A stretch of DNA of 62,975 nt, counting the filler, from Conidiobolus incongruus B7586 (taxonomy: Eukaryota), in assembly GCA_000697335.1 (NCBI GenBank). It is 6 parts of 6 records of this genome, joined end to end, with 100 filler letters (N's around TTAATTAATTAA, not from the genome) between each part and the next. Parts side by side here need not be neighbours in the genome. Positions count along the whole stretch, not along the records: positions 50,091 to 58,511 come from JNEM01006219.1; positions 58,612 to 62,975 come from JNEM01006221.1; 4 more parts are not named here. One strand, 5' to 3'. The notes beneath the pieces are model-generated. The model saw nothing but the letters and a program-made list of their open reading frames with translations. It had not been told where the DNA came from and did no database searches. A program made the position numbers and the translations under genes. The stretch's first letter is position 1, and each line of letters starts with the position of its first letter. This document shows, one piece after another, positions 50,091 through 62,500 of the stretch.

Positions 50091-51289
50091 TTATAAAAAA
50101 AATAAATCAACTTGTGATATTGTTAGAATTACTAGTGTTAGCTAGTTTATTATAGTTAAAGTTGTTAAGAATAGCAATAAAGAAACATTTAAACCTAAAC
50201 TTAAATGTGTTAAAATTATAGATGAATATAATAAAAAATATATCTATAGGTTAGTTAATATAGGTAAATATAGTACTATTGTAGAAATACAACAGGAACT
50301 ATAAAACTATATAAGAATATTAGTTAACACTAATATTATTATATATACTTTATATTAGCATAGATACCACTTACACCTTAAGAAAAAACACCCCCAACTA
50401 AAAAAATCCTACTGTAAAACTAGGTGGGAGTTTAAATATCACCACTAATGTTAAACTAAAACTAATTAGAGTAAAGTTATTTAGTTTAATGAAACAAAAA
50501 TATACTTTAGTAAATTTAATAAAAAAGCTAGATATTTTAAAAAAGATACAGAATTACTTTATAACTATTATGTTAATTTTACCCAAAAGTATAATAATAG
50601 GTTAATTATTGTTTAGGGATGTATGTTGTTTTTAAGTATAAGGTATCTTTGTAAAATTAATAAGGGAATTAATATTAAGATATACTAAAGTATTCTAAAT
50701 AATAAATTGAAAAAAACCATTGAATAATATAAGTTAAACAAATCTAATATTATTTTCTAATAAGATAATACCTTTTGTTATACTATAGCTTCTATTACCA
50801 AATAGCTTAAAAATAACAAAATAACAGTTATAAAGTAGCTTCCTTAATTTTTTAACTTTAATCTAATTAAACACTTTTAAGATTAGTTAAAAAAAGCTAT
50901 TAAAGCTTTCCCCCTAATAAAAAATTTAAATCAACTTTAAAAATATATTTAAGAAGTATAGAGCAAGATTAACCCTTCTTAGTGTAAGAAGTTAGTTGAT
51001 TCTATACCCTACAAACTTAAAGAAGTTAGAAAAGCTAAAGGTAGATACACTAGGTTTTAATTTTTTTTATCACCAAAAACCTACAAATTTATAACTCACC
51101 TTAGGTAAAATTTAAAGGTTTATATTTTAACCAATTAATAACTAAATATCATTATTTAATGATATATATAACTAATAAATATAATAGATTTTAATTATTT
51201 AATTTAGGTTTATTTTATTAAATATTAATTAAGTTATTAGTAAAAATATAGGTGTTTTTGATTTTATAACTTACTTTTGCAGGTTAGTG
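50091..51289 (+). mobile_element. Tc1 (DD34E) transposon relic, copy A, left end lost in gap
   Basis: Back-mutating T>C and A>G restores WSKVIWSDETK (50467-), IFQQDNASCH (D at 50764), WPPQSPDLNPIEHLW (E at 50869, 34 residues after D) and LVDSMP...KAKGGYT. The right TIR ends TTTTGCAGGTTAGTG followed by TA. Confidence 0.93.
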
Positions 51290-52321
51290 TAGTATTAATT
51301 ATAATATTTATATAAATCAAACATACCATATTTCTTATTAATTATTAAATATTCTGAATTTAAAATATTTTTTTTATTTTAGTAAAAGATTTGATAAAAG
51401 TAAATTAAATCATATCTTAAGGATCATTATATATTTATATGTCAATTTAATAAATAAAAGCTAATTTTTTCCTAATTTTATAATCAATGTTATAAAAAGA
51501 AAATGATAGTAATATTTAGTATTACAGGTTTTATACTAAAATAATATAATATTTTATATTACTAGTTCATTTATATTAAAAATTAAATATTTAAATTAAA
51601 TAAAATTGAAATAAAAAAATATTTATAACATAAATTATAAATTATCATCAATTTTTCAAAATTTTAAATTAATATATATATTAAATATTTTTAAAATATT
51701 TTAATTATATAAATATATAATATTTTATTAAATTAAATTAAATATCAATTATTAAGTAACTTTTTGACTTATGAAAATTCTATAATCAAATTATTTATAT
51801 ATAAAAGAGTTTAAGTTTCTAGTTTAAGAAATATATTTGATATATTCTCAATATCAATATATATTATGTGATTTAAAAATAGATTTATATAAGATTAAAA
51901 TACTATTATTTATAATAATAGATTTTTTAAAAAAAGTTATATATTAAACTTGAAATATTTGAATATATTTTCAAAAAAATGTAATGCTAAAGTAAAGTTT
52001 ATATATTGAATATAAAAATATTTGGAATTATGTCAAATAATATATCAAAGAATTAAAAATATATAAATCTAATGAATTGCAAACTAAATATTCAATAATA
52101 TCTTTAAATATGAAATATTTAAATATATTGAAAATATTGATAAAATAAATATAAGTTAATATGTCTTATTAATATATTAATAATTACATATGTGCTATAT
52201 TCTTTTTTTACAGACTTAAACTTATGTTGAAATAATATTTCCTAATTTAATTGATTGAAACTAATGTGATTGATTATGCTTTTATCTAATAATCATTTAT
52301 AAAAATTAATTTTTATAATAC

Positions 52322-52547
52322 TGTCATAGATTAGATCACTTTGTCATCATCATGACACTGTCAACCATATCTTCTTACCTTACCTTATCTTTATCTACTT
52401 CATCTTATCTTGTCTGACTTTATCTTTAGACTATCTCCAACTTTTACATATAAAAAGGGAAAACATCATGAAATAAACAAGGGACTTGTCTTTACACTGT
52501 TCACACTGTTTACATCGAAACAACTCGTTTACATTGACCCTGTTATA
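52322..52547 (+). mobile_element. Solo LTR (226 bp)
   Basis: Starts TGTCATAG and ends CTGTTATA (TG...CA with CA>TA). Exact 5-bp TSD AATAC at 52317-52321 and 52548-52552. Internal TATAAAAAGGG followed by AATAAA. Confidence 0.85.
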
Positions 52548-54505
52548 AATACCAAATCAATTAAACACTAAATCTCCAATCTAACTATATAGAAATGATA
52601 ATATAAACGTTTGAAATATTTTTAATTTATATTAATATAATTCAAAATGTCTCAATTAAATTATATACACAGTATAATTATCTAAATTTATGAATTTAAG
52701 CTTAAATTTTTTTAATATATTTTATTATTAAGTATCTGATAATTTTTAATTATTAAATATTATTATCAAATTTTTGAAATAGTGTTAAAAATTTTATTTA
52801 TTTGTATATTTATTATTTGAAATATCACAAATGCTTTATATTTAAATAAAAATCTAAAATTAACTCAATCAAAATATAAAATATTTTATTGTTAGAATTG
52901 TTATATAATATAATTAATATGAGTATTGTTTTGCCTTTGCATACTCTTTTCTATTGATAGCTGAAAAATTTTAACTCATTGTTAAAAATAAAATAATTTA
53001 GTTTCTCTTATAATATCAATATGGATTAACCACTTTTAAATAACTTTAATTTATGCTTATTGAAAATGATCAAAATAGAATACGTCAATATTTTACTGCC
53101 AACTTTCATCATTTTTAAAGTTACATATTAATAAAATTTAAGAAATTAGATCTACTGCAGTTATTATATATTATCAATTTATGGCAATTTTCTTGAGTTT
53201 TATTACTCCTATGAAATATATTGACAAATACAACATTTTTAATAAACTTATGTCAAATTTACGGAATTAAGTGACGGAGATAAAGTTGAGATAACCGAGT
53301 AAGATTTAATATTATATTTTAAAATTAAATAATTTCATATACTTGATAATTTTAATATTTAAACCGTAAAATTAACAATATTAATATTTTTTAACCCGAA
53401 AATATATTATTAGCATATAAATTCCAATTGTTTAATTTTCATGATACTAATTACGAATAATAGAGATTTATAAAAATTAAATTTCCAAAATAAGCTTCTA
53501 AAACCTTATTTTTATTTACATTTATATATAAGAATACTAATAAATCTAATTTCAATTAACATATGAATTTATTAAATTTAAAGTTTACCCTATAATTAAT
53601 TATAATTTAATGATATTTTAATTGAAAACGTAGATCAATTAATTTTTAATGAAATTTTTTGTTAATTTTTTTAATTCGGATAAAATTATCAAATTTAGAT
53701 TCAAATAATTTAAATAAATTCAAATCTTAAATTAATTAAAGTTACCCTATTATGGAATATTTCAAAATAATAATACAAATTTTATATGAAAAATTAAAAT
53801 GAAATTAGAAATGTGGGGATTTTAAATTAGTTATATTCGATTTTTAAAACTATTATCAACTTAAGATTGGGTAAATTATGACAAAAATTCATAATATAAT
53901 TACTAATTTTCTTCTTTAAGAGGACAACTAATATGCAATAACCTTTTTTCTGCATTTATTCACCTTTATTTTTGGAATGTCACGCTCTTTAAGAATACTT
54001 TTAACCGAATCAATTATAACAAGGTAGTGGGGTGAGATAAAAATAGCTAATTGGCAAACTTTAAATATTTTATATATTATTAGGTTAAATAATTTCTTTA
54101 ATATTCAATTTATTTCTATTGATGAGGCTAAAACTCAGATAATGACAAGGTTTGAAATTGATTGATTGATTTATGATTGATTTTGATCAATTGCTTATTG
54201 TAGCAATACGAATGTAATCTGTGGATATAAATTTATTTTTCCAAGTTTGGTATTCCTGGATATTATTGGCCAACTCAAATGGACTGACAGACAAACAAGT
54301 AAAAAATTCAAAATAAAAAAGGAATGCGAGTTCAATAGAAACCGCTAATTCGAATTTTGGTTTTGATTTTGATTTAATACTGTTGTTGATTGGTCAATTG
54401 ACATGATTACTAAATAAAAATGAAATTAATCATTTTGTGTATAAAAGGATAGTATTGGTGAGGTAAGTCAGTAATATTGTAAGTTTTATCAACGTGAGTT
54501 ATAAT

Positions 54506-54865
54506 ATGATGAAATCTCGAGTAACAAACTATGAACAAATTGTTCAAACTATTGAAAAATTAAAACCTTTTGAGTGCATTGAAAAGATGGGATATATTTC
54601 TCAAATGCGTCGTAGAGGATCAAATGCATCCATTTGTTCACAGCAATCAATCGCGTTATCAGTTTGCTCAAATTCTTCTATAAAGTCAGTTGTACCATCA
54701 GCACTCGATTATGACACCGCTCTATACCAAAAGGGCTTTGAATTCCGCCAATTCGACTCCAATGAAGATTTCGATGCGATCATCGAACAAGGATTCCATG
54801 GGTATGGATTGGAATCCATGCCAACTTTAAAATTGACTTTAACACCTGAATTATTACGAAAATAA
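54506..54865 (+). CDS. Small orphan protein with RRRGS site and C-terminal DFD...TLKLTLTP motif
   Basis: Coding-like GC island; TATAAAA at 54440 and TCAGT ~28 bp downstream of it; first ATG at 54506. Confidence 0.75.
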   Translation: MMKSRVTNYEQIVQTIEKLKPFECIEKMGYISQMRRRGSNASICSQQSIALSVCSNSSIKSVVPSALDYDTALYQKGFEFRQFDSNEDFDAIIEQGFHGYGLESMPTLKLTLTPELLRK

Positions 54866-56665
54866 CTAATCTCAAACAAATTGAAAAAGCAACTGGTTAA
54901 GATTTTTTAAGAATTGGATCAAAACTCAAATTTTCTATCATTGAATACTTTACCTCCCTTTTAACTTAGCAATATCATCTATCTAATTGTAAATATTCAT
55001 TGAAATAAAAATCAAAATTGAAGAATAAAAAATAAATAATTCAAAATTTAATAAATTATAAAAATAATTATTTTAAATTTTATAAATACATAGTAATCTT
55101 AACCAATAGTTAATATACTCAATTAAAAAGTTTGAACAAGTCAATTAATTCACTTGTTTATTTCGAATATAGTTCATTTATTAAATATAATATCATTAAA
55201 TTTTATTATTTTATAATATATGCTTATCATTTTTCTTGTAAGTTCTATTGAGGTATGCATTCAATATTTTGAATTAAAAGTCAAATTCTACTAATAAATT
55301 TAAATATGCTAGGTTAAAATAATAATATTTGGTAGATTTGATTGATTCTTGTATAAAATTTAATATTGTTTTAATATAGTAATTAATATTTAGTTCAACA
55401 ATGCTATATTTATATTAACTATAATACTATATATTTATCAAATCTTGATTTCAAAAGTCAGTCTATATACTAATTATTAATCAATAGATTTTGAGGGTTT
55501 AAAGTTGATAAAAATATTTAACTAATTAGCCCTTATAAATAATCAAATTAATTTTAGAGCAATAAATGTATAAATCATATTTTTTACAATAGCGAGCTAA
55601 AAAATAACTTTTTATTAATCTAGAATTTCACCACTTAGCAAGGTAGTAACAAGAAAATATTTAGAATACAAGAAATTGAAGTGGATATATTATGAGAATA
55701 CATCTCTATTAATTTAATTTAAAAAATGCCCAATGACATTAATATCTTAATTAAACAGATATTTATATATTAACTAGAGAAAATGACTTAAGCCAGTAAT
55801 ATAAAATTATATCCATTTTCAATATTCAAATATTGACTAAACACTAAGATTTTGACTCTCTCAATTGATCATTATAAGCAATTTAATTTGCTCCCTTAGC
55901 TACTCATTTAGTTTTATAAAATAAATATGCAACTATTTATACTTATACTAGATTTTCTCAAAAAATTAATTTAAAATTAGATTATTATGGAATTTTAAAA
56001 TATTATAACATTGCAATATTTATTATAAGGTTTAAAATAATCTGTGTTTTTTTATTTATATTAGTAAATTTCAATTTAAAATAAAATATTTATATTAATT
56101 ATTAATATTAAATTGGTTAATTCTAATAATATAAGTTATTGTTTTTATAGATTTAGTTTTGAAATAGATTTATTAGATATAAAACTAAGCCATTTTTCAA
56201 GGAATTATAAATATATCAGGATTAAGTAATTAATTTAAAATAATTGAATAATATCTCAAAATTCAGTTTAAAATTAATTTAATATAAATATCATTAAAAT
56301 ATATTTAATAAAAACAATGTTTAAAGTTGAATATTATATAATATTTAATATAAAGAAATAAGATTCTATTATAAATTAATATTTTGATAATTCAAAAAAT
56401 TTTATTACTAGAAATAATCAATCCAATTAATATAATATTATTATAATTATGATAAAAAATATATGTTAAAATAATTTCAAGTTTTTAATTATTATAATTT
56501 ATTATAACTAAATATACAAGATATTTCAAATGATTATTTATTTATTATAATATATAAAAGTTATATTAAAAAAATCAAGTTAAAAATATAATACAAAAAA
56601 ATAAGATTTAATTGTTTATTAGATATATTTGATTTAATAAATTATAAACAAAATATTATAATATA

Positions 56666-58227
56666 TACTAGCCTACAAAAGTAAGTCATAAAATCAAAAT
56701 TACTTATATATTTACCTATATCTTAAACAATTCTTAATTAAATAAATTTAAATTAAAATATATAATTTACCTATATTAGTTGATTATAACTAACTATATT
56801 TGATTATATTTCATTAAATATTGGTTGATATATCAAAACCTAAAATTTAACCAAGGTGAGTTATAAATTTACAAGTTAATATATTAAAGGGGTATAAATA
56901 ACAAAACTTATATATATTCTTTTTCTTTTGTTTTATTATATATATTATAAAACTATTAAGATAATATTTTAAAATTAATATTATAATGTTTAAATCTTTT
57001 TTTAAAAAAGTTCACCTATGTATTAATCAACTTTATAATAAAAATAAATCAACTTATAAGATTGCTAGAATTATTAATATTAGCTAATTTATTATAGTTA
57101 AGATTATTAAGAACAATGTTAAAAAAACACCTAAACTAAAATTAAGTGTATTAAGATTATAGATAAATATGATAAAAAGTATATTTATAGATTAATTAGT
57201 ATAAATAAATATAATATTATTATAGAAGTATAACAAAAATTATAAAACTATATAAGAATATTAATTAGCATTAATACTATTATATATGTTTTATATTAAA
57301 ATAAATATCACTTATATCTTAAAAAAACACCTCTAACCAAAGAAATCTTACCATAAAATTAAATAAAAGTTTAAATGCTAAAACTAAAGTTGAATTAAAA
57401 TTAACTAAAGTAAAGTTATTTAGTTTAATAAAATAAAGGTATATTTTAATAAATTTAATAAAAAAGCTAGATATTTCAAAAAAGATAAAGAATCACTTTA
57501 TAACCATTATGTAATTATAATTTAAAAATATAATAGTGGGTTAATTATATTTTAAAGATATATATTATCTTTAAGTATAAGGTATCTTTATAAAATTAAT
57601 AGGGGAATTAATATTGAGATATATTAAATTATTTTAACCATTGAATTGAAAAAAATTATTGAATGGTATAGGTTAAATAAATCAAATATTATTTTCTAAC
57701 AAGATAATACCTTTTGTTATATTATAAATTCTACTATCATTTGGCTTAAAAATAACAAAATAACTGTTATAAAATAACCTTCTTAATCTCTTAATCTTAA
57801 CCTAATTAAATATCTTTGGGATTAATTAAAAAAATTAATTAAAATTTTCCCTCTAACAAAAAATTTAAATTAACTTTAAAAGTATATTTAAGAAGCTTAG
57901 AATAATATTAGTTTTATTTAATATAAGAAGCTAGTTGACTCTATACCCCATAAACTTAAAGAAGTTAAGAAAGCAAAAGGTAGATATATTAGATATTAAT
58001 TTTTCTATCAATATTAAAACTTATAAATTTATAACTTACTTTAGGTATAGTTTTAATTTTAATATATCAATTAATAATTAATTAAATTTAACTTTATATA
58101 TTATATTATAAATAAAAAATATATTAATCATATAGTTTAATATAAATTTATTTAAATTAGAATTGATCAAGATATTAATCAAAATATTTATATTTTTAAT
58201 TTTATGACTTATTTTTGCAAGCTAGTA
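56666..58227 (+). mobile_element. Full-length Tc1 (DD34E) transposon relic, copy B, ~1.56 kb
   Basis: Left end TA|TACTAGCCTACAAAAGTAAGTCATAAAATC and right end TTTTATGACTTATTTTTGCAAGCTAGTA|TA (TA TSD). Decayed transposase ~56986-57999, colinear with copy A, with HTH-like KST..IARI...S. Confidence 0.93.
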
Positions 58228-58611
58228 TATATATATATATATCAAAATTAATTATTAAAAGTATATTATTAATTGAATATTATATTGTATCATAACAGTA
58301 ATAAGGTTAAAAAGGATATTGGTATTTAAATATATATTTTGTACAAAATATATAATCTAATAATATAATTTTTTATCAAATTTATTTTTTATATTCCTAG
58401 AGTCTTAAAATATCAAGTTTTAATTTTGAATTCTAATTAATATTATATAGAAATTTTATAATTCTTTTTAATAGTATTATTAAATAATATTTATAAATAT
58501 ATTAGGAATATNNNNNNNNNNNNNNNNNNNNNNNNNNNNNNNNNNNNNNNNNNNNTTAATTAATTAANNNNNNNNNNNNNNNNNNNNNNNNNNNNNNNNN
58601 NNNNNNNNNNN

Positions 58612-59165
58612 CTTTACAGAATGAAAAGGTTGAACGTCTCAATTCCCGCCAAAAGAAAATGTCTTCTTCATATTTCTTTGTTGAAGATGTGTTTTATTGT
58701 GATACGAGAGCAGATAAGAGTGAAGATTATGCCAACACAATTATTGAATGGAGTAATGATCCAGCTCGTCAGTCTCAGCCTAATAATCCATTTAAGAATC
58801 TCAAATTGGCTCATGCTGAATCCGTATGCTTCCAAGATCTCGCATGGAGAATTGACCAACCCTATTTATTCACACATCAAGGAAATTGTGAACATATTTT
58901 CATAGTGAAGGAAATTCGACTCTTGGATCCTAAGATTGATGACACAGTCTATGATGCTTATCCTAAACCTGTATTTATGTCCAAGATTAATAGACACAAG
59001 TGTCAAATGTGTAACTTATTCCCTGCTAAATACATCACTGTAGGAGATATCCATGCTGGTGAATCACCTTGTTTCTTCTGTGAACATTGTTTTGATCCGT
59101 TTCACTTTGATGAGGATGGTCAACCACTTTATGATTTTGCTACTTATTTTTATGCTTATGATTAA
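58612..59165 (+). CDS. SNAPC3: snRNA-activating protein complex subunit 3 (SNAP50), C-terminal part, 5' end truncated by gap
   Basis: FFVEDVFYCDTR, FQDLAWRIDQPYLFTHQGNCEH, YP...CQMC...SPCFFCEHCF..FH: the SNAP50 C-terminal zinc-finger signature. Confidence 0.9.
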
Positions 59166-59544
59166 TTCATTTCTATTGATGCATTTATTGAATATATGCT
59201 TTATAATAAATTTTCTTTTATATTACTATATTAATTATTTTTAATTTGATAACATTTCTGACTCATATAGCTAACTAAAACGCACATATATAATATATAA
59301 TTTTAAATTTCAAATTTCGAAATCAAAAATATTAAATATTTTTAATATAAAATAATTATTTTATTCAATAAATAATAGTATCTAAAATTTGAATTTCATA
59401 AACAGATAAATTATTATTAAATTATTTCGAAACTAAGTAATTTAAAGTTTTATTTATATTGTATATATTTATAAAAGCTGAAAATTATTATCTAAAAAAT
59501 AGAATTTTTATTCAAATAGAAAGAAAGAAAATTTGAGATTTGAA

Positions 59545-62500
59545 TTATTCAAGAGGTCGATTAGATTGTCTATATTGGTTGAGAGCTTCTTCAACTTTGG
59601 TAAAAAACCATTTTTTGGCAGCTGCTTCAGTGATGGGAATAAAAGGACCAGGCTCTCCATTGTTGAGAATAAACTGAATTCCATTATTGACCATATCGAC
59701 AGTATGTAATTCAGCTAAGGCAATATCCCATTCTAAAGTAAGTTGCTTGGAACGAAGGAGTAATACTCTGTTACCAGTCAGCATGATTACATTTTGCGAG
59801 CTTCTAAGATCATAATGTGCGATATAATGCTCAGAGAAATATTTACCATCCTTAACTTCTTTGAGCCAGGACTGGCCTAAAGCCTCTCGTTGAGAATATG
59901 GTTTTAAGACACCATCTGGCCCAATATATCTTGTTAGACGAACACGGTCAATATCGGTACCATCAAACACAGTTGTGGTATTACGAATTCCTTCTGCGAC
60001 ATTACTAGCAAGATCAAAAACACCAACAACTGGTTTGGCAACAGCTCCAACTAAACCTTTACCAATACCCTTGAAGAAACCACCAACACCCTCTTTTTCA
60101 GCACCTTCAATGGGTCTCATCAAAACACCAGTTAAGCCACTAGCTACACTCGATCCAAAAGAGTTGGCACCTTGGGCAACACCGTATAAGGCATGCTTAG
60201 GCCTATTCCTGACTCTTGTCATTCTACGTCTATCTTGGTATGCTTTATCCATAGTAACGACAGAGAGACCTTTACCCAAACTCTCAGTAATTTTACTGAG
60301 TGAATCGGATAAACCGAATACAGTCTTTTTAACGAAGGAACTAGTGCCTCTAGCCAGCCCAATACCAAAATCTTGAGGTCTATCGCTCATTACGAAGCCT
60401 TGATAAGGCTCATAGAATATATCAACGACACCACTGCTTAAGTTATTGAATAAGCCTACTGGATTCCCAATGACATCAGCAGAACCTACAATTTTATGTA
60501 TCTGGAACAAGAATTCTTGGCTGTAGTAACTGGAGAATCGATTCACCAATACAGGATAAGTAGCCAACAAATTTTCAAGCACTAGAGCATTGAATTTAAT
60601 TGGTGCATCGTTGATACTACCAATTGTCATAGTGAGGACATTAAATAAGAAGGTAATTGGATTATGTGAAGGCGGTGGATTTTCTTCTTGGTTAATTCTC
60701 TCAGTTCGAGTGAAGGAGATATTAAACTTCAGTGGTTGAATATGGAAAACTTCAAAGAATGAGAGATGTTCATGTTCTTGAGCTTTTGGCTCAATAATTT
60801 CCATGGAGTGAGGGTCGAGTTCATCATCTTGAGTAGCTTCAATTTCATGTCCTGGAATACTATATTTAGCGAAATCCAGTAGAGCAAACAAGAAATCTTC
60901 GTCCACTTCAAATGACATAGCTTGCATCAAAAAAGTAACATATTTATAGAATTTAACACCATACGATTCATCTTTAGCTCTAACAGCAATAAATCTAAGA
61001 GCAGGATGTAAATTAGATTCGTTGCCATGCTTTGGAATTTCTGTGGGGTAGAGAATAATGGGGTATAATGCTCCGTATAACTGATTGTCAACTTGAATCC
61101 ATTTAATACACAAGCTGATAGATTGAGAAGCATCAGAATCCTCGAATTTGAAATCAAGTCCTCTGAAGGTTGCATAAATTAATTCTTGATTTCTTCTATT
61201 GATTACAGAAACACCAATTCCTTCCAATTTGACTTGGAAAGTGAATGATACTTTAGATTCAGTTTGAACTAACTCAAATCCTTGAGTAGTTCCAGTCCTG
61301 GTGATGGTAGTATTTGTAGAAGTAGTAGGGTTAGAAGCAGGAGCAGGAGCATATGTTGGTTTGAAAACACTCTCATCAGCACGGTAAGGAGTTAATCGAA
61401 GCACCATCACAAGGCCTTCAGCTTTAACTTCAATAGACATAATATGCGATTGATTTCCAATCTTAAACTTGAAAGGCATGCTAACACCAATTTCTTGGAA
61501 ATCGATTTCTCTTTGGAATCCGTTTACACTAATGACTAGCAATTTGTTCTTTTCAGATGGATAATCCCATGAATAAGGCACAATTCTACCAGCAGGAAGA
61601 CGATATTTAGTGCCTTCAGCAGCTCCAGAAGATTGTCTAGATACTGAATTGCTTTGATAGAAGGTAATATCTGTGTCATAAAGATTTTCGATTCTGAATG
61701 GCCATTTACCTTCTTCTTTCTCGAATGAAATAAACAAAACAGGGCCTTCTAACTGAATTCTAATTCTAATCAATTCCATTTCACCCATATCCTTGCTGAT
61801 CCTTAAATGAATTTTGCCTACAGAGTCAATCTTAAAAGGTGCGGACCATCTATTTTTATCACCAGAAAACCTTATAGTTAATTGCTTGTCGCCATTATGG
61901 CTTAAGAAGTAAAGTGGCGATTTATCTCCTGATTGAAGAGTGGTTGATTGAGGGATTGCAATATCACGGAAATCAATCGATTCTTGTAGCTTGTTAGATA
62001 TAATAAACCTTGGAGTGAATGTAACGACCTTTGATAAATGGTATTTACCAACGCCTTCATTGACACTAAACCCAGTGTATAGCTCTTCTTGCTCATTTCC
62101 TGTTTTGAGAATAAGTTCAGAAACGGTCCCAGAAGCTTCGAAACTTACTGGACCACTCCAATCAGCAGTGCCGATCTTTACCATAGCACGTTTACGAGAT
62201 TCTCCAGATCCATAAGAAAATAAGAAAGGCTGAACTTTTGAGGGTTGATATTGATTTTGTTGATCAGAAACAACTTTACTTGTTCTAATGATCGACTGTG
62301 TTTTAAAGCAGATATCCATACCCGTCTTATTCAAAATAACATAAGGACAATATATACTAAGTTTGAATGCGCCTCCAGATTCTGGAATTGTAGTGTAATG
62401 GAGATTTAAAGTAAGTTGAAGGCCATTTGAATCTAGTAGAGTAATCTGGTCTGCTGGAACAGGGCCATTGGAGTCTGGAGAATGAATAGCGACCAATTCG

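Noticed and set aside
50467..51060. In-frame TAA/TAG at Trp/Gln positions as stop-codon reassignment or readthrough
   Set aside because: Intact genes in the window have no internal stops and end at standard stop codons; the two Tc1 copies differ at many of these sites, as expected for mutation.
51286..51294. GTGTAGTA resembling the U2 snRNA branch-recognition sequence
   Set aside because: It is the Tc1 TIR end plus the TA target duplication; no other U2 structure.
55900..56660. Extremely AT-rich tracts (also 51300-52300 and 8760-9700) as further TE relics
   Set aside because: Plausibly end-stage mutated repeats, but I could not recover motifs or a reliable alignment by eye.
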